Below, in pieces: positions 24,901 to 35,700 of a stretch of 64,000 nt of DNA. Location: the NCBI RefSeq assembly GCF_000315625.1, contig NW_005434666.1, positions 354,018-418,017 of the forward strand, given 5' to 3'. A program made the position numbers and the translations under genes. The first letter of the stretch is position 1. Every line of letters starts with the position of its first letter. Under the pieces are notes generated by a model, which searched no databases, was not told the origin of the DNA, and was given only the letters and a program-made list of their open reading frames with translations. This DNA comes from Guillardia theta CCMP2712. Lineage: Eukaryota > Protista > Cryptophyta.

Positions 24901-24979
24901 TAGAGAGATGTTCTTGGTTGATTTTGCATTGCGATGTCTCCTGAAACAAGCATGATGGGGCTTGAGGTCCCATCTGCAT
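21901..24979 (-). CDS. Crypton tyrosine recombinase-like protein (~950 aa, 4 introns): PHD-like Zn finger, YR domain, coiled-coil, C-terminal GCR1_C-like region
   Basis: GKDPLPF, WNLMSR, HQKDDQSG, HVYCNPTKPEICPFLALG, LFPG, GSHSIRKG, RAGW, YERAGDQHVGRIASGLP, VWILWHFG..PF..RRLSDLRYL. Confidence 0.85.
22620..22766 (-). repeat. 21-bp coding tandem repeat (~7 heptads of the SNKELVQ type) inside the Crypton ORF
   Basis: Repeated unit of the form gtaccaattccttgtt(t/c).... Confidence 0.9.
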
Positions 24980-25353
24980 TTCTTGCCACTCCGGATGATG
25001 GTTTAGTCAAATACAAAATATTTTTCTAGCTTTCTTCTGAGGCAGACTTGAAACTTCTAATATTAAAAATTCCCGGAATAAGTGAGGGGGACTTCATCGC
25101 GTGCAGCCCTTTCCGGAGAGCCCGCATTCCCCCGCTTGACCACTCCGGAATGCCCTCATCCAGGCCCTCATACCCTCTCCGGAACACCCTACCTGCTACC
25201 CTGACCCTACCGGACCCATACCGGACGTGGGTAGGGTACAGAAAATTATCTAAAATAAATGGATAGGAAGATCAATAGAATAAGTAAATCTTGTGTTGGG
25301 GTATGGGTGGTACCCTAGCCAGTGGTTGTTGGGAGGCGGTTAGTTGAAAGTCG

Positions 25354-26379
25354 ATGTTGCCGCCGCCGTCGCTCGTTCGCTATGAGGAGCCCACGATGGC
25401 AGAAACGCCTCTTGAGGGGAAGAAGCCCAATGCACAGAACTCTACGACTGAAGATATCTTGAACTCTATTCTCCCCCCAAGGTATCCCCTGCCAAAGTTT
25501 CCTTGCCCCACCTTCGCTTGTCCCTGATCAACGCTTCCAGGGAGTGGAATGACGATGGGAAGCATTACATTCAGTACGTGTCTAGCACGCCGGCAACTCG
25601 TTTGGATGTCATAAACTTGCAGGTCTGTACTCTATTGACGCTCAATCGCATCCCCTGACTCGGTGTTGCTCAGGAGGAGTTGGACAAGAGATTGCAGCAG
25701 CGCCAAGCGCGCGAAACAGGAATCTGCCCAGTCCGCGAAGAACTCTATAGTCAAACCTTCGATGAACTTATCAGACAGGTGAGTCTTGTCGCTACACTGA
25801 GCACAGGTAACCTTTCCTCAGGTCACCATTAATTGTGCCGAGCGCGGTTTGCTGCTATTACGCGTGCGAGACGAGATTCGCATGACGATCGCGGCCTATC
25901 AGACCCTTTATGAGAGCAGGTGGGTGTTGAAATACAACATCAAATAGTGCTGTTGAACTAGCAAAAGTCGAAGGCATTGCCTGATGATTTTCTGCAGCGT
26001 TGCATTTGGAATGAGAAAGGCGCTACAAGCTGAACAAGGCAAGTCGGACCTGGAGAACAGGATAGTGCAGCTGGAGAGCGAGAAGAAGGATTTAGAGAGA
26101 CAAATCCAGGATCTGAAGGTTGTCATGCAACACTGCTATTGAGCTCATTCTGATTCACAATCTTCCACGGCTTTCAGGCGAAATGTGAGGCGATAGAGAA
26201 GAGAGAGAGCGAGAGGCGACAGGTTCGTACATGCTTCTACATGGCAGAGGCTGATTTGATGACAGCTCGACGAGAAGAAGCATGCTGAAGAGGTCCAATT
26301 CTTGCGGAGATCCAATCAGCAACTCAAACAACAGCTGGAGAGCATATTGACCTCAAGCGCAGCCAACGCCAAGAAGTAG
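25354..26379 (+). CDS. DNALI1: Axonemal inner-arm dynein light intermediate chain p28 (multi-exon; missed by the ORF track)
   Basis: Spliced translation MLPPPSLVRYEEP...TEDILNSILPPREW...SSTPATRLDVINLQ...QARETGICPVREELYSQTFDELIRQVTINCAERGLLLLRVRDE...AFGMRKALQ. Confidence 0.95.
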
Positions 26380-26667
26380 ATTGGTCGTGTGACTGCTCCT
26401 TAATATGCCTCTGGTTTATAATTCTGGATCGCAACGCTGATAGTCCTTGCACACTGTAAAGAAGCAGATCTTGGCCTGTTAAATTTTTTAATGCATTATT
26501 CAAGCGAGAGATTGTTCGTAAAAATAGTAAGCTACAGAATGATGTCTGTTTCGAGCTTGATACACGGTTACTGTTGCAACGTGACATGGAGGAACCGTAG
26601 ACCAAGCTCTCAGGGATGTAGTTCATCAAAGCGAGTTGTAAGTAGTAAGCAGGTATTACGCAAATCC

Positions 26668-27096
26668 TCACACATCCAACCTGTTCTTCCGATTCGAGGA
26701 TTTGCCCTCATCGTTGAAGATCCTCCAGGCAAACAATGCGGCCATGACCAAGCATGCAACACATGGGACCCACATGCTTTCGTTGTAAATCTGGTGTTGT
26801 ATATCAAGAAACAACTTCACGGCTGCAACCATGTTTGCCATGACAAAGAACCTCGCAATCACTAAGCGAGATGCCTGCTCCTTGATGAATCCAGCGGACA
26901 GAGCAAGGTAGGACGTTGCAAGGAGAAAGCATCCCAGCAAGGTGAAGATGGATGTACTAAATCCGCATCCAGCTAATTTCTCACACTTTCTAACTGTCCT
27001 GTCGGTTACGATATCACGGACAAAATCTGCGCTGAAGAGCAGCGAGATTCCACTTAACGACAGGATACAGCCTTGTCCCCAAAAGATCTCACGCAT
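26668..27096 (-). CDS. Small hypothetical membrane protein (~4 TM); start uncertain
   Basis: Hydrophobic part of ORF 26668-27258 starting at MREIFWG. Confidence 0.45.
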   Translation of the reverse strand: MREIFWGQGCILSLSGISLLFSADFVRDIVTDRTVRKCEKLAGCGFSTSIFTLLGCFLLATSYLALSAGFIKEQASRLVIARFFVMANMVAAVKLFLDIQHQIYNESMWVPCVACLVMAALFAWRIFNDEGKSSNRKNRLDV

Positions 27097-27526
27097 CGGA
27101 GAGACAGGGTTTCGTATCTTACTCGTGTTAATCCTTAGCTTTGGGAAGAAGAGGCAGAATGTGGCGTTGGACCAAGGGGACACTCTCGAGAAGAACCACG
27201 GAGAAATGCTTTGATGGCGGGAGGCGCAGAAGAAGAGCAGCCAAGTGATTCTTCTCACAACTCAAGGAGGGAGGAGAGAGGTGATCAGTCAGGAATGAAC
27301 GGAGAGAACCCGTAGACGGGGCGGGAGGGGCGGGAGGGGCGGGAGCAGGGGAAAGGGAGGAGGAGCTGTTGACGACAAAGGGAAAGCGATCCTTGTGACG
27401 CAACATGTGCCCTCATCCCCTAACAATTCGGACGGGCTGGATGAGGGGCCCAGTGAGGTGGCAAAGGCGGAATTGAGCGGGGACGAGGTCCCCGTGCGAA
27501 GAGGCAGAGGACGACTCCTGACAGAC

Positions 27527-28378
27527 ATGCTCTCCAAGGTAAGGAGGCGAGGACGACAGCTGGTCATGGCGCGTGCGAGCGAGACGCTTCCTGTTGCCTT
27601 CTGCCGCTTTTTCATGCTGAATCTGGATGCCTTCGAACCCATGCATCTGTCCTCTCGCTCCCTCTCACAGTTGCCTCCACATGCCGTTCCTCGTTGACCC
27701 CCTCTCCTCGCTATGCCGTGGTGTCGGCTGATGATTTTTCGTATCCTCGTTGGCAATATCGACTCTTCCTCGATGCCTCCGTATCTTATGTTTTGGCCAT
27801 GTTGATATCTAATGTCTGGTTCTATCTTCCATCTCCCATCTCAAACCATGGTTCGTTCGTGCTGATTGTGATTCGGTAGAAGTCAACCAACTCATTGTAG
27901 ATACCTGATATTGCTACTGCTTTCTCTCAACACCTGACTGATCCGCCTCATCTTCTTGATCCTGTAAATCTATGCCCCTCTTCCATGAACACTTGGTGAT
28001 GATACCCTCAAAGTTCGGCTTATTTTTCATTCCGGCGTGCTTCGTTAAATCCTATTTTTGACATGGCAACTGCAGCTTGAGACTGTAGCTGCATTCTTAG
28101 CTGGCCACCATGCTGGAGACACCGGTCCTGGTGGATCCTCCAAGGTGAACATCGAGCGCTGTCCCTCCCTTCTCCTTCGTGCTGCATCGTGAATCAATGA
28201 ACTCAGGGACCCTGCGCTATTGCCGGCATGTTCGGATGCGCTCCTGCCGCTGCTTCGGAGGAATACGGATCTGTGCGTCTTTCTGATGAGTCTCGTCTTT
28301 TCTTGACACCCTTTGCAGCCCTGGTACCCTGCTGACGAGGGCGGCATTGCTCCATGGCCCACCACCATGTCCTCGTAA
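27527..28378 (+). CDS. Putative 68-aa four-exon microprotein
   Basis: Exons 27527-27538, 28076-28144, 28207-28272, 28319-28378. All introns are phase-0 GT...CAG and the frame is open to TAA. Exon 1 is the least certain. Confidence 0.55.
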
Positions 28379-28572
28379 ACTCGTCGAGGACCGGCAAGAC
28401 AACCTCCAACTTACGCTCGTCGTGAATTTGTGCGATTAAAAGGATGAAATTTTGACAGCCACAGCCTAACAGTTGGCATTTGGTTGATCTTAATTGAGTG
28501 TGGCTGCATGTTTCATGTTTCATCCTTGATTTCACAGGATCGTGATTTGGAAATTTATTTTTCAACTTGTGA

Positions 28573-31185
28573 TCACTCGACAGGAGATGTCACAGATAGC
28601 ATGAAAGTTCTTTCCATGCAAGGATCCAAACCTTGCTTTCCTCTCACTCTCGTCTTCAGGCCCACGAGAATCTGAGGGTCAACGAACCTTCCGTTACAAA
28701 CCTCAGTTGTTCCGATGCACTTCCATCCAGCAGGGAAACCAAACTTCCTTTCCACGTCTTCGCTGCGAGCAAGGCTGTTTCTCCGAGCTCGTTCTGGAGG
28801 AAGTTGACGCTCGGAGATGGTGGACGCGCTCTGACGCCTTCCCTGATTTTCGTTTGGCTCCTTGTGGAACAGATTAGTGACTGAATGACAAGCACCACTG
28901 CTGATATATCCCAGGCCCTGCATGAACTTGTCGCTGATGTGAACTGCATTGCAGACGGCCGTTTGTTCCAGTAGCTCAACGTCTCTCATTGTTTGCCCCA
29001 TCACATGAAATCTTGATTGGATTCTTCCGATAACACCAGATGCTACGATTCCAACTGATATTCCGATTCGACAAGTCAAGTTTTGTTTCGAACGTTTCCT
29101 TTCAGAAAGGATTGATTGAATCATCAGCGACGCCAGATTCAGCATATCTCCGCACGTCTTCCTCGTTTTTGCCTGCATGAACCAATCGTGGTCACAAGGA
29201 AGCCAACCTGCAACAACATAGGCATCTCCAATGGTGTCCACTTTGAATAATCGCTTTTGCATCACTGCTTCATCAAACGTTGAAAATAAGCGATGAATGA
29301 GACCAGCCAGCTCGAGTGGGTTGATCTCTTGAGACATCTTGGTAAAGTTGCATATATCCAGCTGTAGAACTACAGCTCTCTCCATTACACAGGGCATCTT
29401 GATCGAGCTGCGGATCATCTGTTGCGCTATGTTTTCAGGCATCAGGTCAGTCAGTACTTCGCAAACGCGACCATACTCAGAGACCATCAACCGGTAGAAT
29501 TTCATCCTAGCGCTTGCACGGTATCTCAGGGGCCTCGATTCAAGGAACGTCACCACAAAAGCAGAAAACCCCGCAAGGAGCAACGAAGAAGCATTGACAA
29601 TTGATTCAGCCACGAGATACGACGGCACGTGCATTATGAGGATCATGGTCACCATGTACATCCCGTACTTGACTGAAATCAAGGAGCAATGCAGGTGCAG
29701 GGTGACGATCCCCAAACCGATGATCATCACCCAGACTCTGAAACCGAACCAGAACCTAGAGATCCACAACACAAAAAGTATCAAACCTTTCTTGACGGAG
29801 TATCGCAGTAAATACTTTCGTCGAATCTGTGATTCTCGGAAGACTTTCCACCATAATATGAAAGTGTAGGCTGCTATCGTTGCGCCGTGTATGGAGAATA
29901 AAAAATAATATAGGTAGCGATTTGTTGAACTTGGAGCCAACGTGAGATGGATCCAAATTGCTACCATTGCAATAAAGTGAAGTATCCTTGCCCTGAGGAT
30001 GGAATTTCGATGATCTTGCCCTTGTTCCAGGAGAAGTTCCGTCTCGGTATTTGGATCAGTGAGAAGCTCGACAAATTCATCAAGCTGACTGTCCCTCATC
30101 TTCTGAATAACAGGACTATTCGAAGCCATCTGGCCAATGTCAAACTTGGTGAGAAGATCCAATCGTGTCTTTGAGTCAATTCTGCGAAAATTGAGCGTTC
30201 CACTAGGTCTTTCTCCATCATCAACCACCTGAATTTCAAAAACCTCCATGATACCTTTACCCTTGATTGATTTTTCACCACATGACTTGAAGCTAATCGA
30301 GTTCTTATCTACACTTTTGACCTGCTCCACAACCTCCTGCGTGCATAATATCTGATTGGGTTCTGCGTATTTGCACATCCTTGCTGCTGTATTTGTCGTG
30401 TCACCATACACACAATAGAAAGCCCTATGAATCCCAATCACAGCGCCGGCAGCATCCCCGCAATGAATTCCAATCTTCAGATTGAGCTGGTGCTCCTCCA
30501 CCTTGTAAGTACGCGTGATGTCACGCAATTCATTGGCCAACCGCGCGAGGCTGGCAACATACTCAGAAGGATAAGGCTTGCATTGCTCACTTTCATCAAA
30601 AGGCCGAGCGGCACGTGGGCAGGTAATGATGTACCAATCAGCCACATGCTGATATTTGTGCATTCCGTGCCTTTCCACTGCATCGTCAAACTTCTCAAAG
30701 ATGTTGTCCAGCAACTCAAAGGCTTCCAGAGAAGTCCTGGACTTGAGAACGTCTTGCGGTTCAAGAGAACAGAACATAATGCTGCAATACGGTATCGAGA
30801 TACCCAGGAACTCTTTGGGGTCGTGATGACGGGCAAGTTTTTCCAACACATTTTCTGGTATTAGTCTGTGCACCAGCTTTCGACTCGCTTCTGCGGTGAG
30901 AACAGTCTTCTTAGCTAGATCATATTCTTTCAGCTCCAATTTGGGGAAATAAACACAGTAAAGAAACGAAGCAAGGACAAAAAAAAATTGCAATGAAACA
31001 GAAGTTACAAGAGTATATGAGGTATCCGATGGAATAATAATGGCTGTACAGAAAGAAATAAAGAAAACAAGAACAAATCGCCACGAGCTCGGATTTGCCA
31101 GTTGCGCAAAATCCCACACTTCTACAGGAAGTGATTCAAGTTTGAAAAAGGAGCTCATATTCCTTTGAGAACTCATGAAGCTCAT
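28573..31185 (-). CDS. Membrane class III nucleotide cyclase with two cyclase domains (probably guanylyl); possibly N-terminally incomplete
   Basis: KIGIHCG...YCVYGDTTNTAARM (domain 1), TM bundle, VLQLDICNFT...KVDTIGDAYVV...RIGISVG (domain 2). Confidence 0.9.
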   Translation of the reverse strand: MSFMSSQRNMSSFFKLESLPVEVWDFAQLANPSSWRFVLVFFISFCTAIIIPSDTSYTLVTSVSLQFFFVLASFLYCVYFPKLELKEYDLAKKTVLTAEASRKLVHRLIPENVLEKLARHHDPKEFLGISIPYCSIMFCSLEPQDVLKSRTSLEAFELLDNIFEKFDDAVERHGMHKYQHVADWYIITCPRAARPFDESEQCKPYPSEYVASLARLANELRDITRTYKVEEHQLNLKIGIHCGDAAGAVIGIHRAFYCVYGDTTNTAARMCKYAEPNQILCTQEVVEQVKSVDKNSISFKSCGEKSIKGKGIMEVFEIQVVDDGERPSGTLNFRRIDSKTRLDLLTKFDIGQMASNSPVIQKMRDSQLDEFVELLTDPNTETELLLEQGQDHRNSILRARILHFIAMVAIWIHLTLAPSSTNRYLYYFLFSIHGATIAAYTFILWWKVFRESQIRRKYLLRYSVKKGLILFVLWISRFWFGFRVWVMIIGLGIVTLHLHCSLISVKYGMYMVTMILIMHVPSYLVAESIVNASSLLLAGFSAFVVTFLESRPLRYRASARMKFYRLMVSEYGRVCEVLTDLMPENIAQQMIRSSIKMPCVMERAVVLQLDICNFTKMSQEINPLELAGLIHRLFSTFDEAVMQKRLFKVDTIGDAYVVAGWLPCDHDWFMQAKTRKTCGDMLNLASLMIQSILSERKRSKQNLTCRIGISVGIVASGVIGRIQSRFHVMGQTMRDVELLEQTAVCNAVHISDKFMQGLGYISSGACHSVTNLFHKEPNENQGRRQSASTISERQLPPERARRNSLARSEDVERKFGFPAGWKCIGTTEVCNGRFVDPQILVGLKTRVRGKQGLDPCMERTFMLSVTSPVE

Positions 31186-32349
31186 TCAACCCTCATCGTC
31201 GCTTGAAATTTGCAAACACATCTCAGAAAAATGCCCCGCCCAACTGGAACTCTGCTTAAAACAACGTCAATGTTTACACACTGTCTTTCTTCCCACAAAT
31301 TCTACGGAAAACCTGATTGACACAACGCTGCTATTCAAGCGTCCATTTCAAGTTCATGCTTTTGTCCGCAGAATTATATTGCATCTTCCTGTGAAATCTA
31401 AGGATCCCTATGCAATTGTAGTGCCAAATGATGTTTCCATCCTGCCGCGTCTCTCAACTTTAACTAATTAACGCTTTGCAATCAATCCTGACATCAACCT
31501 TCAATTCTATTCAATGTATTTCCTAAATTTTGTCCCATTTATCTGATCCTGACAGTCCCTTCCCCTTCCCCACCCTCTTCCGGCCCTTGCTCTGCCATTC
31601 CTTGTTCTTTCATCAAGTTTGCCCTTTTGAGCTTCTGCCCCTGTACATGCTCTTCCTGCTTCTTGACAACCTGAATTTCCTCCAGCTGTTATACAACTAA
31701 GTTCCTTCACTCTTCTTGTCCCTTCCCATCCCCCTTCCCTTCAGGTTTGTCCTCTGCCCCCCTCCCCCCCTCCCCTTCCCCTCTTTTCCTTTCTCCCTCC
31801 TCTGCGCCCCCTGCAGCAACAATCATCGTGGCAACCGAGAACTTTCACTCAACATCCTTTTACGACTTTCAGTTATAAAAAAGATCCATTGGTACAATTC
31901 AAAAATTATTCATACAAAAAGTTGTAATAATGTCGTACAAATTGGTTTACTCATCTGTCACACATCCCTAGCGTCTGACCATCGATTGAGCTGCTGCGAG
32001 TTCTTCCCCCATAACTAAAACGTTTACTCACCTGCGACCAGAAACGTTTTACTCAATACAGGCAAATCGACTTGGGATAGGAACAAAACTTTACTCAATA
32101 TTCATTATCAATACAAATAATGGGGGATACGTGTGGTACGGGCACGGGCCCTTCTTTACACGCCATCTGAAAAACTATTATAAGTCTGTTGAGTAATAAA
32201 CCTTTCCAACAGGAGTCACGTGACTCTCAGGTGTTGCTCCGTTACAATACGTTTCATTGCCGTTATCTTTTGCAACGCATCCCTTACCTCCCTCGAGTGC
32301 ATGGCAGGTCAGCATCTCGTTTTATGCCTCCTGTCTCGATGACGTTTCC

Positions 32350-32645
32350 ATCTCCTCCCCTTCCTCCCTCCCCTCCTCCCTCCCTCCCTCCTCCCTCCCT
32401 CCCTCCCTCTCTTCCCCCTCTCCTATGATACCTCCCTCCCTCCCTCTCTTCCCTCTCTCCTATGATGCCCTCCCTCCCCTCCCTCCCTCCCTCCCTCCTA
32501 TGATACCCTCTCTCCCTCCCTCGCTTTCTCCCCTCCTCCGCCTACAGCATCTCTTCCCTCCCTCTCTTCCCTCACTCATCTACAGCAACTCTTCCCTTGC
32601 TCTCTCCCCTCCTCCACGTACAGCTTCTTTCCCCTCTCTCCCTGC
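32350..32645. repeat. Polypyrimidine (CCCT/CCT) tract with recurring CCTATGAT units upstream of tomosyn
   Basis: Directly visible. Confidence 0.8.
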
Positions 32646-32779
32646 CTAAACCTTGCAGCCGTGACCCATTCTTGTGTAAGCCCTCTTCTGGAACACCTTG
32701 TGACCCCACTTGGATGACACCTGACATGTGCAGATTCCAGCCTTGGGTGAACAGATTGCCAAGACACAGGAAGAAAGCA

Positions 32780-35700
32780 ATGAGCGGCTCATGGCTAAAG
32801 TCCGTATTCAAATCGAAGTCGTCCAAGAAGTCCAAGAAGGAGGAAACCATCGCACATGCTCTGCCGGACTCCGAACTTCAACAGGAAGACTGCAAGTACA
32901 GGGAGGTCATGAGTCATGGCATTCCGCCCACGTCTTGCACGATCGCCTACGACCACCTCTTGGGTCTCCTTGCCCTCGGCACGCTGGACGGGAAAGTGAA
33001 AGTTCTCGGGTCGTTGGGAGTAGAAAGGACGCTAATGTCCCCCCACCTGTCTCGAGTGACTTGCCTTGAGTTTGCGGCTGGCAAGGGTCAGCTGGCAGTC
33101 GGAACGGACTTTCCTTCCCTGCTCGTGTGGAACCTGAGCCAGACAGAATCTGGGGAACAAGAGTTGACCAACATCAGAGTCTTGCACGCGATCAACTCGA
33201 TAAGATGGATCCCAGGAACAGACTGCTTCTGCATGAGCACGAGCGGGGCGGAGGTCAGGTTCTTCAGGATAGGAAATGAGAGTCTATCCAAGCACAAGGT
33301 GACTGCAGAGGAGCTTCAGCTCTCTGGCAAGGACACGCATGAGATCACTAGCGCAGAGCCTTCTACGGAGCACCATCAGGTCCTGGTGGGAGCCAAGGCA
33401 GGTCACTTGCTACTCTGGGACTCACGCAGCAGCTCGATAGCACGGCGATACATGGGCGCGGCGATCGGCTCGGAGCTGGTGCATGCGGGTTACACTTCGA
33501 GTTGCAAGTATGTAGTTGCAACCTATGCCAATGCAACAATGCAAATTTGGCTTGCGGAGAAGGAGAAGAATGTGCTAACACAAGTGAAGCTGGTCGAGGG
33601 CGTGACCTCGGACTTCGAGAGCTCCTTCCTTGGAATGAGCTCCATGATAATCGACACGGCGAAATCTAAGAAGGGCAAGGACGAGCCCGATGAGGCGTTA
33701 TTCGTCTTCTACCTCAAGGATGGGAAGTTTTGCACGACTTGCTTCCAGGGGACGAACCTGAAAGACAGGGTGGAACTCTCCTGTGATGATGAGCAAGAGG
33801 GGGAAGGAATCCAGGCAGTAATCCCTGCTTTCCGGGAGCGTGAAGAGGCCCAGCATGCAAGGCGCTACTTTCTACGGCTTCACTACGGAGGTTTGGTGGA
33901 CTTCCTGCAGATGTCTCCCGAGGACTCTCCCACAAGTTTGAGGAGGAGAAATCTCCCGCAGGTGTTGAGGTCGAACTCCCCACTGTGCATGGCCATGACA
34001 ACCCTCGTTCCCATCGAAATCGCCAGCCGACTCATCATCGACCTGTCGGAGTCTCCTGAGGAGGAGGAGGAGTTGGAGACTTATCTGGAGGAAGTTTACA
34101 GCCCTCTTTGGGGAGGGAGGAGGCCGGAGCCTCCGCTCACTCTCCCTGTCCCCTGCCTGCTCGTCACCTGCCACACGGGCGGTCGAGTCTGCCTGTGGAA
34201 CGTCAGGACGGAGTCGCTCTTGCGTGTACGAGGAGTTCCAGCTCAGCGAGAGACGAGCGATGAGATCTTGATGTCGAGCCTGATTGTCGATCAATGGCAA
34301 AAGGGAAGCGAAGAGGCAGCGGCAGCAGCGGCAAGGGGGGGGGAAGGAGGAGGAGGAGGAGGAGGAGGAGGAGATGGCAATGAGACTCCTGGCCTCCTTC
34401 TCCTGCTTGCATGCAGCGATCACGTCGAGCTATTGCGGTTTTGTGACCTGGATGATTTCAAGACATTCAGGAGGAGGAGAAAATTGCTTCCTGCTCGTGT
34501 GTTGGCGAAGCCAGGTCACGACGAACCGAGGAAGGACGCGAACATGCTGAGAGCTGAGATCAAATACACCTTTGACGAGCAGGACGCACCCCAGATGGTG
34601 AGTGAGGAAGACCGTGTGGTAGCTTCGCCCGATGAAGTAGAGGAGGAGCAAGAGATCAGTGCTGAGCAGGACTCTGAGATCGAGGACGAGGAGGAAGCTT
34701 CTTCAGATCCCACAAGCACGTCCAAGGAGCTGCAGGAAGGGGTTGTAGATGCCTCTGAGGAGACAGGAGGGGGTGCCGATCCGGACCTTCCTCCTTCACG
34801 GGCTCTTCCTCCCATTCCAACCAAGACCGCAGCTGTTGCAGGGCAGGAGGAGAATGAACAGGAAGACAAAGACTATGGCAAGGAGGAGCTGAAAGAGCAT
34901 CAGAATGAGCATGTTCGCCATGAACAGGAGGAGCAGGAGGAGCAGGAGGAGGCATCCGAGCATACGTACAGCAAGGGCTTCATTCCTGTCCTCTCAGTCA
35001 GCATGCAAAACTCGTCAGACAGCAGCAATGGCAGCAGCAGCATGCGGGTTCGCTGCGCCGTGTACGTCCCCGCATGCCGGATGCTGCTGAGCGGCTGGAG
35101 CAACGGCTGCATGACCTTCACCAGCAGGCGGCCTGAGCACTCTGCTGAAGTTCTCGACACCTCCTGCTTGACTGCTAAGGGCAGCGGGATCTCCGCCATG
35201 GCGGCTGGGTGGGTGGCGATGAGGGACAAGTCTCCTCCCCTTCTGACCCTCTTCGCTGCCGTCGACTCAGCTGAAATCTTCTGCTTCCACCTGCCGTCGG
35301 CCGCTGAGCTGCCCATGAGAATCTCAGCGGCGGGGATGGGAGGGTCTCCTGCCGTGTTCCTCGCAGGGCTGGACGAGAATGGGACCCTGGTTCCCTCCTC
35401 CTCTCCCCGCCCTTGCCGCTTCCTCCTCGCCGTCTCCTCGCACGCCATCAGGATCTTCAACCTGCCCCTCGACGTACGAGGCTCCCTTCCTCTACAGCAG
35501 CAGCAGACCGACATGAACATTAGCGGTGCTGCGGTGCTGCAGCACAACGGGGAGAGCGTCCTGTGCTGCTGGGACGGGAGCGGAGAGGTAAGGATTCACT
35601 CTCTCCTTCTGCTGCGGAACCTGGGGAGGATCAAGCTACAGGAGCACCACTCCCTCCTCCGCCCCAACGCCCTGCAGACGATGGCGGTGGGCCAGGATGG

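Larger units (their letters stand above)
21680..25120 (-). mobile_element. Crypton-type (CryptonS-like) tyrosine-recombinase DNA transposon; boundaries approximate
   Basis: Encodes a YR protein typical of Cryptons. More AT-rich than its neighbours. Lies between the divergent IMPase and p28 genes. Confidence 0.75.

Noticed and set aside
25216-25306. TATGG/CCATA as CryptonS-type termini
   Set aside because: Present on the 5' side, but I found no matching copy in 21640-21900.
25354-25398. p28 N-terminus truncated by the Crypton insertion
   Set aside because: An upstream in-frame ATG at 25354 restores the conserved MLPPPSLVRY start.
32597-32779. N-terminal extension of the tomosyn ORF
   Set aside because: TTG start inside a pyrimidine tract. 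The ATG at 32780 fits the family N-terminus better.
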